Shown: piece by piece, positions 10,247 through 19,895 of the stretch | Layout: each line of letters starts with the position of its first letter | Position numbering within the stretch: the stretch's first letter is position 1 | Notes under the pieces: generated by a model | Seen by the model: the letters and a program-made list of their open reading frames with translations, nothing else | Told to the model about the DNA's origin: nothing | The model's database searches: none | Position numbers and translations under genes: made by a program | DNA from: Candidatus Nomurabacteria bacterium RIFCSPLOWO2_01_FULL_39_18 | GTDB lineage: Bacteria > Patescibacteriota > Minisyncoccia > Phycocordibacterales > UBA9973 | DNA: 64,000 bases | Assembly (NCBI GenBank): GCA_001787005.1 | Contig: MFUV01000006.1 | Location: 16,197-80,196 of the forward strand | Reading direction: 5' to 3'

Positions 10247-10636
10247 ATGTCAAAACCAGATGAATTTCTAAAAGCTGACAACACAGAAAAAGGCAAAGAA
10301 GCTAGATTGGCAAAAGTATTAAAAAGCCAGAGAGAGAGAGAGTTATCTAGGGTCTTCGAAAAACTTTTTCCACTAAACCAAGAAAGGTACATGTTGGAGT
10401 TTTATGATTTTGAAGAATGGACTAATTTTTTCCGTAAGTTTGGCGAAACAATTAGGATTTTATTATCACTTGATCCATTTGTTGATAATTTGACGCTAAA
10501 AACTGAATGTCAGGAAGTCCTTGTTTTATTAGATGGTCAAGACAGGAATCAGGGTAAAAGATATTCAAGTTTAGTAGAAAAACTCTTTCAATTTTTTATT
10601 GACAATCAAATTTTTCCACCATCAAAGTTACCGTAG
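10247..10636 (+). CDS. Hypothetical protein bracketed by REP-like palindromes.
   Basis: Called from the ORF only; flanked by palindromes at 10211 and 10652. Confidence 0.35.
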   Translation: MSKPDEFLKADNTEKGKEARLAKVLKSQRERELSRVFEKLFPLNQERYMLEFYDFEEWTNFFRKFGETIRILLSLDPFVDNLTLKTECQEVLVLLDGQDRNQGKRYSSLVEKLFQFFIDNQIFPPSKLP

Positions 10637-10651
10637 AATAGAATTACATTA

Positions 10652-10676
10652 CAGATAGAGGTCTAGACTCTATCTG
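10652..10676. repeat. Palindrome CAGATAGAGgTCTAGACTCTATCTG.
   Basis: Member of the family; it closes the frame just upstream of the truncated RAYT. Confidence 0.7.
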
Positions 10677-10681
10677 AGCCC

Positions 10682-11146
10682 TTGGTTGCAATTATTGCTT
10701 ATTGTCTAAATCCAAACCATTTTCATTTTATCTTAAAACAATTAGTTGATGGTGGCATAGCTAAATTTATGCAAAAACTACAAGGAGGTTATACTTATTA
10801 TTTTAATGTAAAAAATTCCCGTACCGGATCGCTTTTTCAAGGAACTTTCAAGTCACATCTCATGAATAGTGAAAATTATTTTAATAAAATTCTTGGGTAT
10901 ACAAATAAAAACTATCAAGTTCACAATATTCCAAAAAATAAAATGGATCTTATTTTCGCTAGCGACTTCGAGTATGAAAATAATAATTTTAAGATTGTTT
11001 CCAAAAAAGAAGGAAAAAGAATTTTGGAAATTTTTAATGGTAGCAAAAATTTTAAGAAACACTGCGATGAGATTGTTTCAATTATTAGAAAAGAAAGAGG
11101 TAAAACTTCTCTTTTAGAAGAAGACAATCTCCCAGATAGAGTCTAA
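10682..11146 (+). pseudogene. N-terminally truncated IS200/IS605-like (RAYT/Y1 HUH) transposase fragment.
   Basis: AYCLNPNHFHFIL matches the HUH motif AYCLMPNHFHVL of the full RAYT at 51467-52105. The region is homologous through GxxxGxFKS, but the N-terminal YHLYNRG part is missing. It begins at a TTG right after a stop inside the palindrome. Confidence 0.6.
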
Positions 11147-11159
11147 AGCTCTATCTGGG
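11131..11159. repeat. Palindrome cCCAGATAGAGTCTAAAGCTCTATCTGGg.
   Basis: Member of the family; it supplies the last codons and the stop of the RAYT fragment. Confidence 0.7.
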
Positions 11160-11203
11160 TATTTTGCTTTGTTTTCTTTACTTTTTGTATTAAAATGTAG
11201 AGT

Positions 11204-12568
11204 ATGGTAGACACTGTGCTTTTCTTTATCTATAAAATTGCGATTGTATGGCTTTTGCCCTTGGCTGGCACAGGATTTGTCGGCTGGGTGGCATGGAAAA
11301 TCTGGGTTCATTACATACAGCAAGATTTTATTTCCGGCATAGATTTTGTTTTACTTGAGGTAATACCCCCGCGCGAAGTCTTGCGTAATCCAAAAGCAAT
11401 GGAACTTTTTATCTCGAACGCCCTATATCATTTCAGCTACAAAGGGGGAAAAGAAGAATATTGGCAAGGTGCTATTTGGTTCTGGTTTTCTTTGGAAATT
11501 GTCTCTCTTGAAGGACAAGTGCATTTTTATATTCGCACGCCGTCAAGAATCAAGGGTTTAATTGAGACGCAAATGTATGCTCAATATCCTCAATCTCAGG
11601 TCAAAGTAGTTGAGGATTATACTTTAGCAGTGGACGAAATAACGCCCGAGAGCGCTTGGAATGGCTGGGGATGCGAGTTTAGATTGCTGAAACCAGAAGC
11701 GTATCCGATTAAAACTTATATTGATTATGGATTAGACAAAGATCCGGATGAAGAATTAAAAGTTGACCCTATTTCTCCGATAATAGAATTTTTTGGCTCA
11801 CTTGGAAAAGGCGAGCAAGCCTGGGTGCAAATTGTGGTTACGCCTTCAAAGAAAATGTATCATACCAAGGGCACCTGGTTTGGAGAGCACGATTGGGTAG
11901 AAGAAGCCAAGCAACAGTTATTCAAATTATTATTACCCTATACTTCTAGAAGAGAAGATATGGGCGAAGGAGAAAAAGTTCTTAAGTTGGCTCGAATTGA
12001 AATTCGTACCCCATCTATTTTAGACAGAGCTACGAAAGCAATGAGCGCAAAAACTTCCAAGCTTGGTTTTGAGACTGGCATCAGGGTAATGTATATAGCC
12101 AAGAAAGAAGTTTATCCGCCCGGTTCGCGAACCAATAATTCTAGAGATATTCGTCTGATCTTTCGTCAATACACAGCTCCAGATGTTAACGGACTGGATC
12201 GAATAAATTCAGCTCAAGGGGACGCTCTTAATAGCAGCATACTTACTCTTTCTAAATATCAAATAATGATTCTGGCCAACCGGATGCTCCACGAATATCG
12301 AGAACGAGCATTTTTCCATCTTCCCCTAAGACATCATCTTTTTTCAATACATGTTTTTGAAAAAATATTCCCCAAACCTGTTATTCATGCAATATTCATG
12401 ACCGTAGTAAAGAAATTTTTCTTGCCTTATGTTCATCATCAGACTTATGTTTTAAACACTGAAGAGCTGGCGGCGCTGTGGCACTTCCCGGGCCAGATAT
12501 TAAAAGTTCCTACGCTTACTCGTATTGAATCTAAAGAAGCTTCTCCGCCTCCAAATTTGCCTATATAG
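11204..12568 (+). CDS. Hypothetical protein with an N-terminal transmembrane segment.
   Basis: Hydrophobic N-terminus IAIVWLLPLAGTGFVGWVAWKIWV. No recognised domain. Confidence 0.4.
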   Translation: MVDTVLFFIYKIAIVWLLPLAGTGFVGWVAWKIWVHYIQQDFISGIDFVLLEVIPPREVLRNPKAMELFISNALYHFSYKGGKEEYWQGAIWFWFSLEIVSLEGQVHFYIRTPSRIKGLIETQMYAQYPQSQVKVVEDYTLAVDEITPESAWNGWGCEFRLLKPEAYPIKTYIDYGLDKDPDEELKVDPISPIIEFFGSLGKGEQAWVQIVVTPSKKMYHTKGTWFGEHDWVEEAKQQLFKLLLPYTSRREDMGEGEKVLKLARIEIRTPSILDRATKAMSAKTSKLGFETGIRVMYIAKKEVYPPGSRTNNSRDIRLIFRQYTAPDVNGLDRINSAQGDALNSSILTLSKYQIMILANRMLHEYRERAFFHLPLRHHLFSIHVFEKIFPKPVIHAIFMTVVKKFFLPYVHHQTYVLNTEELAALWHFPGQILKVPTLTRIESKEASPPPNLPI

Positions 12569-12573
12569 GATGA

Positions 12574-12662
12574 ATCCCGTTAGAGATTACTATATGTTAA
12601 AAATTTTCATTAAAATAAATATGATTACGGAAATGCAAAGCATTTCATATCTCTAACGGGAT
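12574..12662 (+). repeat. Long hairpin element ATCCCGTTAGAGAT...ATCTCTAACGGGAT; its 3' arm abuts and overlaps the mltG start codon.
   Basis: The arms are 14 nt, perfect, with a 61-nt AT-rich spacer. It ends as ...cgggATGaat. Confidence 0.6.
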
Positions 12663-13527
12663 GAATAAATTCAAACTGGTTATTTTAATACTTTGCGCAG
12701 TTGGCTTTCTTTTTTTGTTAAATTCTCCCGTGGATTTTCCTGTTGAAACTATCATTAATATAGAAAAAGGGGAGAGTTTGCGGAGTGTGGCTTTAAAATT
12801 AAAAGAAAACAATGTCATACGTTCTCAAATAGCATTTGAAGCTTTTGTGATAATTTATGGCGGAGAAAAGCACCTAATGTCAGCTGACTATTTCTTTGAA
12901 AAAAAATTACCGGTTTATGAAGTTGCCAGACGTATATCAAAGGGAGAAAGGTATAAAGCGCCAGTAAAAGTAACCATCCCAGAAGGGTTTGATGCGTCCA
13001 TGATAGCAGAAGTTTTTTCCTCCAAGTTGTACGCTTTTGATAAAGAAAAATTCATTTTAGAAACAAAAGCACTGGAAGGTTATCTTTTTCCTGATACTTA
13101 TTTTTTCTTTTCTACTGACACCGAGGAAGAAGTAATCAAGTTGATGCGTGAGAATTTTGAAAATAAATTAGAGCCTCTTCGACCTCAAATTGTCTCAAGT
13201 GGCAGGAGTGAAAGAGAAATTATTGTTATGGCTTCCCTCGTTGAAGGAGAAGCAAAGGGTGACGATGATCGGGATACTATCTCTGGAATTTTATGGAAAA
13301 GGCTTGACATGAAAATGCCGCTTCAAGTGGACGTCGCGCCAGAGACCTATGACAAGGTTGGACTGCCCAAGAATCCAATTGGAAACCCAGGACTCGAAGC
13401 CATCAAAGCCGCGATAACTCCAGAAAAATCGCCTTATCTTTATTATTTGCACAACAAAGATGGCAATATCCACTATGCAAAAAACTTCGAAGAGCATAAA
13501 ATGAATAGACAAAAATATTTGAGATAA
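12661..13527 (+). CDS. mltG: MltG/YceG-like endolytic murein transglycosylase.
   Basis: There is an N-terminal TM segment and the PKNPIGNPGLEAIKAAITPEKSPYLYY region characteristic of the YceG family. Confidence 0.75.
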   Translation: MNKFKLVILILCAVGFLFLLNSPVDFPVETIINIEKGESLRSVALKLKENNVIRSQIAFEAFVIIYGGEKHLMSADYFFEKKLPVYEVARRISKGERYKAPVKVTIPEGFDASMIAEVFSSKLYAFDKEKFILETKALEGYLFPDTYFFFSTDTEEEVIKLMRENFENKLEPLRPQIVSSGRSEREIIVMASLVEGEAKGDDDRDTISGILWKRLDMKMPLQVDVAPETYDKVGLPKNPIGNPGLEAIKAAITPEKSPYLYYLHNKDGNIHYAKNFEEHKMNRQKYLR

Positions 13528-13534
13528 AACCCGG

Positions 13535-14062
13535 ATGAAGAAACACAAATTAGCTTTCATAGACATAGAGAGTACCGGACTCGATGTGATAAAACACGAG
13601 ATTGTTGAAATTGGGTGCGTCTTGACTACTCCCGACCTTAAGGTGATCGAAGAATTTGAATTAAAAATAAAACCGGAACACATAGAAAATTCCGACCCCG
13701 TTTCTTTGAAGATTAGTCATTACGATAAGGAAAGTTGGGAGAATGCTTTTACTTTAGAGAAAGCCATGAAAATTCTTTCTAAAAAAACGAAGGATGCCAT
13801 TATGGTCGGGCAAAATGTCGCTTTTGATTCTGGATTTCTAGAACATGCTTTTTCCAAAGTGGGGATTGCTAACAGCATGCATTACCACAAACTCGACACT
13901 ATCTCAATCGCTTGGGCAAAGTTGCACAAGGAGCCAGACTTAGAACATTTCTCCTTACGCGAAATGTGCGTGCGTTTCGGTATCAAAAATGAACATGCGC
14001 ATACAGCGCTCTCTGATGCTCGAGCGACTTTCGAGCTTTACAAAAAGCTGATGGAGCTGTAA
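13535..14062 (+). CDS. DEDDh 3'-5' exonuclease (DnaQ/epsilon-like).
   Basis: It has FIDIESTGLD (Exo I) and HTALSDARATFELY (Exo III). Confidence 0.7.
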   Translation: MKKHKLAFIDIESTGLDVIKHEIVEIGCVLTTPDLKVIEEFELKIKPEHIENSDPVSLKISHYDKESWENAFTLEKAMKILSKKTKDAIMVGQNVAFDSGFLEHAFSKVGIANSMHYHKLDTISIAWAKLHKEPDLEHFSLREMCVRFGIKNEHAHTALSDARATFELYKKLMEL

Positions 14063-14091
14063 AATCAAAAAACTATGAAATATACTTTTTA

Positions 14092-14162
14092 AGGGGTTTT
14101 GCGAGCGACGGCGAGCAAACTTCAGGATTTTTTAAGCTTCAAAAAATCCGTACCGGCAAAAA
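14092..14162 (-). repeat. Intergenic REP-like ~70-nt element, in inverted orientation relative to the copies at 763, 15083 and 26558.
   Basis: Its reverse complement matches ttccggtacggatttttcgaagcttaaaaaatcctgaagttttcgcgccgtcgcgctc. It contains an internal ggatttttt...aaaaaatcc hairpin. Confidence 0.65.
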
Positions 14163-14193
14163 GTTATATTTGATAGTTTTTTGAATATCATTT

Positions 14194-15393
14194 ATGAAAA
14201 AAAAAGTTGTTTTTGTCGGACTTTCGGGGGGCGTTGATTCTGCGGTTTCAGCAACCATACTAAAGAAGCAAGGTTTTGAAGTCGTGGGAGTTTTTATCAA
14301 AACCTGGCACCCAGATTTTTTAGAATGTAACGAAGAGGAAGAGCGTCGCGATGCCATGCGCGTGGCAGCATATTTGGATGTTCCTTTTTTAACATTTAAT
14401 TTAGAAAGTGTTTATAAAAAAGAAGTTGCAGATTACATGATTTCTGAATATAAAACTGGACGGACGCCGAATCCAGATGTGATGTGTAATAAAAAAGTGA
14501 AGTTTGGCGCGTTTCTCAAAAAAGCTATTTCCATGGGAGCTGATTTTGTGGCGACGGGGCACTATGCGCAAGTTGGCGAAGCTGGAAACTACTTTTTATC
14601 AGGTCCTCGGATTCCTGGGTCCCTCCCCCAGCCAGACCATGCTAAAAAGTATTTCCAGCTTCGCCAAGGTCCGGATAAGTCCAAAGACCAAAGCTATTTT
14701 CTTTGGACCCTTAAACAAGAGCAACTTTCGAAAATAATTTTTCCAGTTGGAGATTTAAAAAAGACAGAAGTGAGAAAATTGGCTAAAAAGTTTAGACTGC
14801 CTGTGGCAGAGAAGAAAGACAGTCAGGGAATATGTTTCCTGGGCGCGGTGGATTTAAAAGAGTTTTTAAAACATTATATAAAAGAAAAAAAGGGAAAAGT
14901 GCTGAATACCGAAGGTGAAATAATAGGGTGGCATAATGGCGCGGTTTTTAATACGCTTGGAGAGCGGCATGGTTTTACAATTACAAAAAAGGGTCCAAAT
15001 GACGGACGATATTATATTGTTGCTAAAGATGTTAAGAAAAATATTTTGATCGTGTCTCAAGAAAAAAATTATCTTACAAAGAGCACGGATATTTTTTTGC
15101 TAAAAAATTCCTCGTACTCGCGCCAGTCGCGCTCGCAAGTCTCTTTGCAAGACAATTTTTTTCTTTCGCTAGAAAATGTAAATTGGATTTCTAAAGTTCC
15201 AGATTCAAATAAAAATTATACCGCTCAAATTCGTTACCATGGAAAATTTTTATCATGCAAAGTAAAGGTCGTAGATCCCGAGCGGAAGCGAAGGGCTGAA
15301 ATAATTTTTAGAAAACCGATCATGGTTGCCTCCGGCCAGTCCTGCGTTGTTTATGATAAAGACGTCTGTCTGGGCGGAGGGGTGGTGAAATAA
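14194..15393 (+). CDS. mnmA: tRNA 2-thiouridylase MnmA.
   Basis: It has the PP-loop SGGVDSAVSA, GHYAQV and DQSYFLW. An in-frame REP-like insert sits at 15083-15150. Confidence 0.85.
   Translation: MKKKVVFVGLSGGVDSAVSATILKKQGFEVVGVFIKTWHPDFLECNEEEERRDAMRVAAYLDVPFLTFNLESVYKKEVADYMISEYKTGRTPNPDVMCNKKVKFGAFLKKAISMGADFVATGHYAQVGEAGNYFLSGPRIPGSLPQPDHAKKYFQLRQGPDKSKDQSYFLWTLKQEQLSKIIFPVGDLKKTEVRKLAKKFRLPVAEKKDSQGICFLGAVDLKEFLKHYIKEKKGKVLNTEGEIIGWHNGAVFNTLGERHGFTITKKGPNDGRYYIVAKDVKKNILIVSQEKNYLTKSTDIFLLKNSSYSRQSRSQVSLQDNFFLSLENVNWISKVPDSNKNYTAQIRYHGKFLSCKVKVVDPERKRRAEIIFRKPIMVASGQSCVVYDKDVCLGGGVVK
15083..15150 (+). repeat. Intragenic, in-frame REP-like element inside mnmA.
   Basis: gcacggatatttttttgctaaaaaattcctcgtactcgcgccagtcgcgctcgcaagtctc encodes ...SSYSRQSRSQVSLQ..., like the SRSQVS in the 763 copy. 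Confidence 0.6.
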
Positions 15394-15432
15394 AACCTTT
15401 TCTTTTACAGTCTTTTATAGTACAATTATTCC

Positions 15433-15903
15433 ATGTCTGAATTTTTAGCGCAAAATGGTGAAATTATTTTAAGATTAGTGGTGGCAGTAGGGCTGGGGAT
15501 GCTGATAGGAGCGGAGAGGCTCTTGGTGAGGGAAGCGGCGGGTATGAAAACTCACGCCCTGGTATCTCTTGGCTCGGCACTATTTATAATTGTTTCTGAA
15601 ATGCTTGCTATTAAATATGCGGGCGTTGGGGGTTTCGACCCGGCTAGAATTGCTTCACAGGTGATTGTCGGTATTGGATTTTTGGGCGCTGGTTCGATTA
15701 TCCTTCAGGGTTCTCGGCTGATTGGGCTGACAACTGCGGGCGGGTTATGGGTCACAGCTGGCATCGGCATGGCTGTTGGGTTCAGGCTTTTTTCTATGGC
15801 TATAATTGCGACGGTGCTTGTGCTTTTTATATTGGTTATTGGCAATCTCCTAGAGAAGCCTATTAGGAAAATTTCTGGGGAGATAGATCAGCCCAAAGGT
15901 TAA
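15433..15903 (+). CDS. MgtC/SapB family membrane protein.
   Basis: LRLVVAVGLGMLIGAERLLVREAAGMKTHALVSLGSALF matches the MgtC N-terminal domain. Confidence 0.65.
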   Translation: MSEFLAQNGEIILRLVVAVGLGMLIGAERLLVREAAGMKTHALVSLGSALFIIVSEMLAIKYAGVGGFDPARIASQVIVGIGFLGAGSIILQGSRLIGLTTAGGLWVTAGIGMAVGFRLFSMAIIATVLVLFILVIGNLLEKPIRKISGEIDQPKG

Positions 15904-15913
15904 ATAAAAAAAG

Positions 15914-17758
15914 ATGGATTCAAATGAGATTAGATCAAGATTTCTAAAATTTTTCGAAGCACGGGGGCATAAAATAATTCCTTCGGCTTCTCTCGTCCCA
16001 GAGAATGATCCATCGGTGCTTTTCAATACTGCTGGCATGCAGCCCTTGGTGCCATATTTGATGGGGCAGAAACACCCTGGGGGAACTCGCTTAGTAAATG
16101 TTCAGAAATGTGTACGAACCCAAGACATTGACGAAGTTGGGGATAAAACTCACGACACATTTTTCGAAATGATGGGCAACTGGTCTCTCGGGGATTATTT
16201 CAAAGAAGATGCCATAAAATGGAGCTATGAATTTCTAACCTCTAAGGAAGAAGGTTTGGGGCTTGATCCCAGGCGGCTGTATGTAACAGTCTTCGAAGGA
16301 GATGAAAACGCTCCAAGAGACGAAGAGTTGGCAGGTATTTGGCAAGAAATTTTTAAAAAAAATAATATTTCTGGCGAACGGATATATTTTCGCCCGGCAG
16401 ACAAGAATTGGTGGAGCGTGGGGGATAATGGTCCATGTGGCCCAGACACCGAAATGTTTTATGACCTGACAGGCAAACTGACTGAAGGCATGACTCTCGA
16501 AGAATACATGAAGGCCGACGACGAACAAAGAGTTGTGGAGATCTGGAACGATGTTTTCATGGAATATGAGAAAAAAGATGGAAAGGTGATCAGAAAATTA
16601 AAACAAAAAAACGTAGACACAGGGAGCGGGCTTGAGCGGGTGGTCATGGCGGTACAGGGGAAAGACAGTATTTTTGACACCGATTTATTCGCTCCAATTA
16701 TGGATTTAATAAAAGAAAAAAGTGTGAATTATGATCTACGTTCTGCTCGTATTATTGCCGATCATTTTCGTACGGCGGTATTTATGATTACTGATGGTGT
16801 TATCCCATCGAACACTGGCAGGGGATACATCTTGCGTCGGTTACTGCGCAGAATTTTTACCAAATCTTCTATTATTGAGCTCAGTAATTATACTTGTAAA
16901 GAGTTTGTTGATGTTCTGTATAAAATTTATAGTAAAAATTATCCCGAAATATATGAGAAACTCAACGACATCATTGCGATTTTTGGAGAAGAAGAAAAAA
17001 TATTTGAAAAGCCCCTTGATGGAGTTGAAACATACCGATTAGATCTTCTTGAGGCTATGAAATTTGGCGTGATTAAAAAAGTCGGTAACATTCCAATATT
17101 AAAAGATAAAAATACGGTTTCGGGCTTATATATACATGCATTATTTGCAATGCATGGAAACCCAATGGACCTAATGATTGGCGTTGCAAAAGAATTGGGA
17201 TTCAAAATAGACGAAAATGAGATTAATGAAGCTATTAAAAAACATCAAGAACTCTCTCGTAGCGCTTCTGCTGGAATGTTTAAAGGAGGACTTGCAAATC
17301 ATGACGAGAGAACAATAAAACTCCATACCGCACATCATTTACTTCTTGCGGCTCTAAAAGCTGTCGTAGGTGAAAATGTAAAGCAGAGGGGGAGTAACAT
17401 TACTGAAAGGCGTCTGAGAATTGATTTTCTTTGCGACCACAAGCTTACCGATGAGGAAAAGAAAAAAGTTGAAGACTGGGTAAATGATAAAATACAAAAA
17501 GGTTTGAGTGTTACGCGCCGGGAATTGCCGCTTCATCTTGCTAAAAAAATTGGAGCTGAAATGGAATTCGGAGCAAAATACCCCGATACAGTGTCAGTAT
17601 ACTTTATTGGTCCGGGCGAAGAAAAATATAGTGCTGTTAGTAAAGAATTCTGTGGCGGTCCACATGTTACGAATACTGGGGTACTGGGGACATTCAAAAT
17701 CCAAAAAGAAGAAGCTATAGCAGCTGGTATAAGACGCATAAAAGCTGTACTAGTTTAA
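15914..17758 (+). CDS. alaS: Alanyl-tRNA synthetase, a short form lacking the C-terminal C-Ala domain.
   Basis: The N-terminus reads FLKFFEARGHKIIPSASLVPENDPSVLFNTAGMQP. It has the editing-domain HxxxH (HTAHHLLLAAL) and CGGPHV motifs. It is 614 aa, against about 875 in E. coli. Confidence 0.85.
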   Translation: MDSNEIRSRFLKFFEARGHKIIPSASLVPENDPSVLFNTAGMQPLVPYLMGQKHPGGTRLVNVQKCVRTQDIDEVGDKTHDTFFEMMGNWSLGDYFKEDAIKWSYEFLTSKEEGLGLDPRRLYVTVFEGDENAPRDEELAGIWQEIFKKNNISGERIYFRPADKNWWSVGDNGPCGPDTEMFYDLTGKLTEGMTLEEYMKADDEQRVVEIWNDVFMEYEKKDGKVIRKLKQKNVDTGSGLERVVMAVQGKDSIFDTDLFAPIMDLIKEKSVNYDLRSARIIADHFRTAVFMITDGVIPSNTGRGYILRRLLRRIFTKSSIIELSNYTCKEFVDVLYKIYSKNYPEIYEKLNDIIAIFGEEEKIFEKPLDGVETYRLDLLEAMKFGVIKKVGNIPILKDKNTVSGLYIHALFAMHGNPMDLMIGVAKELGFKIDENEINEAIKKHQELSRSASAGMFKGGLANHDERTIKLHTAHHLLLAALKAVVGENVKQRGSNITERRLRIDFLCDHKLTDEEKKKVEDWVNDKIQKGLSVTRRELPLHLAKKIGAEMEFGAKYPDTVSVYFIGPGEEKYSAVSKEFCGGPHVTNTGVLGTFKIQKEEAIAAGIRRIKAVLV

Positions 17759-17763
17759 TAAAG

Positions 17764-18651
17764 TTGAATGATATCTCGTTCAGTATAAAAATTATGGATG
17801 ATAGAACATTTATACCAGGGAATAATCTAGAAGGTCGGGCGATAGAGGAAGAGCCGTCTTGGGAATTAATACCTAACCAAGAGTATTTGGATTTTCAAAA
17901 AATAGAAGTAACTGAGGTAGACGAAACTAAGCCCTATAGACCCGCTAAAAAAGTAAAAGTGACAAAAAAAGAAGGAGAAGTCCTAGAGGTTGATGCAGTA
18001 ACAATCTTTTTTGTTTTAAGAAATAAACATGGGAAAGAATTAACTGTTTCCGCAGCGGCAGCAGGGCATATCGATAATTTACACATAAAGGGCGCTGATG
18101 CTGGGAGTCTTTTTGATGAGCCATCATTTCAAGCACTTATGCAAGATGTAGCTAAAAAAATTCCCGAAGACGTTGCAACACAACCTGGTGTTTTAGTGAT
18201 TGAAGTAAAAATGGGGAAAAATATAGGACAAGAAGGTATAGCTGGTTTGGAAGAATTACAAGATTCGGGAATACTTACGAAAGATGATGTTCAAAAAGCA
18301 CTAGCTTTCAAAGAGGAGGTGATACGATTGAATCGCCTAGGAACAAAAGATGAGAAAGAAATTTTTGTTAAAAATCATTCAGATGGCAAAATCAAGTTTC
18401 AGTTAATTAGGGACGATGTGCTTGTGCCAGTCGTTGATACCCCCAGAAGACCGACTACAAAATTATACATGGTATTTGTCCCAACCGAACAAGGTGATAA
18501 AAAAACATTATATACAATGGCACCGGGTCGCAGTATGCCCATGCATCCCAATCCAAGAGAGCATATGAGCGCTGACGGCATGATTAACGAAAAAACTTTT
18601 CAAGATTCAGCAAATGCGTGGTTTTATACGGTAATGTTAGTTGGAAAATAA
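17764..18651 (+). CDS. Hypothetical protein.
   Basis: Called from the ORF only. Confidence 0.35.
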   Translation: MNDISFSIKIMDDRTFIPGNNLEGRAIEEEPSWELIPNQEYLDFQKIEVTEVDETKPYRPAKKVKVTKKEGEVLEVDAVTIFFVLRNKHGKELTVSAAAAGHIDNLHIKGADAGSLFDEPSFQALMQDVAKKIPEDVATQPGVLVIEVKMGKNIGQEGIAGLEELQDSGILTKDDVQKALAFKEEVIRLNRLGTKDEKEIFVKNHSDGKIKFQLIRDDVLVPVVDTPRRPTTKLYMVFVPTEQGDKKTLYTMAPGRSMPMHPNPREHMSADGMINEKTFQDSANAWFYTVMLVGK

Positions 18652-18684
18652 TCATTATAAATACATTATGTTATAATCAACCAG

Positions 18685-19878
18685 ATGGGTATTTTTACTA
18701 AAGCAGAAAAGGAAGGCGAGCTAGTAGCCTTATTTGACATCAGGTCTTCTTCTGTAGGAGGAGCGCTTTTTAGAGTGCAAAAATCTGGAATTCCCAAAAT
18801 AATTTTATCTTTCCGTGAGCCGATAATCTTTAAAAAGACAATAGATATCAATCGATTTGTGCTCTCAATTATAAAACCCCTTAATATTATCGCTGATAAA
18901 ATCTCAACTGCGGGTATTGGCGTGCCAGAGCGGATTTTTTGCATTCTTTCTTCTCCCTGGTTTGTCTCTCAAACACGAATAATAAATCTTAAAAAAAATA
19001 CGCCCTTTACTGTTACCACCAAGCTCATTGATGATTTAATTAAAAAGGAGATAAATATTTTTGAAGAAGAACATTTAGCAAAATATACAGAAAAAGGTAA
19101 TAAAATCAGATTAATTGAACTTAAAAACATTAAAACAATGTTGAATGGTTATGAAACAGCCAACCCCTTAGATCAAAAGTCAAAAGAACTTGAGATAACC
19201 GTGTTCATTTCCATGAGTCCCGAGCAAGTTTTGTCCAAAATAGAAGAAGCGGTCAAAAGATATTTTCACCGCGGGAACATCAAGTTTGTTTCTTTCGCCC
19301 TGTCTTCTTTTGCCGTAGTGCGCGACATGTTTATAAACCAGGAAAATTTCCTTTTAATTGATGTCGGAGGGGAGGTGACGGATATTTCCATGATAAAAAA
19401 GAATGTACTGCGTGAGTCAATTTCTTTTCCCCTGGGTCAGAATTTTATTATACGTGGAGTTGCCTCTGCCTTGGGCTCTACGCTTGGCGAAGCTGAATCT
19501 CTCATATCTTTGCTACAAGATGAGCATGGAGATGCATCTACGGAGAAAAAACTCAACCCAATTATAGATAAATTAAAAATGGAATGGTTAAAGAAGTTTC
19601 AAGAAGCTCTGGCTAATATTTCTAGGGATATTTCCATTCCCGCTACTATCTTTTTGTCTACAGAGATGGGTTTTGCAGATTTTTTTGGCAAAACAATCAA
19701 GACTGAACAATTCAACCAGTACACTCTGACGGAGTCCAAATTCGAGATTACTTTCTTAGATACGGAAACTCTGCATGGCATTGCCACATTTGATAAAAGT
19801 GCAATTCGAGACCCGTTTATTATTATTGATTCTGTTTATATTAATCGGTTTTTAATTCACTCTGCTTCACCACGCTGA
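18685..19878 (+). CDS. Actin-like ATPase, PilM/FtsA-like.
   Basis: FDIRSSSVGGALF and LIDVGGEVTDISMI resemble the phosphate-1 and phosphate-2 motifs of PilM/FtsA. A membrane protein follows downstream. Confidence 0.4.
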   Translation: MGIFTKAEKEGELVALFDIRSSSVGGALFRVQKSGIPKIILSFREPIIFKKTIDINRFVLSIIKPLNIIADKISTAGIGVPERIFCILSSPWFVSQTRIINLKKNTPFTVTTKLIDDLIKKEINIFEEEHLAKYTEKGNKIRLIELKNIKTMLNGYETANPLDQKSKELEITVFISMSPEQVLSKIEEAVKRYFHRGNIKFVSFALSSFAVVRDMFINQENFLLIDVGGEVTDISMIKKNVLRESISFPLGQNFIIRGVASALGSTLGEAESLISLLQDEHGDASTEKKLNPIIDKLKMEWLKKFQEALANISRDISIPATIFLSTEMGFADFFGKTIKTEQFNQYTLTESKFEITFLDTETLHGIATFDKSAIRDPFIIIDSVYINRFLIHSASPR

Positions 19879-19895
19879 GCGGGGAAAATAAAATT

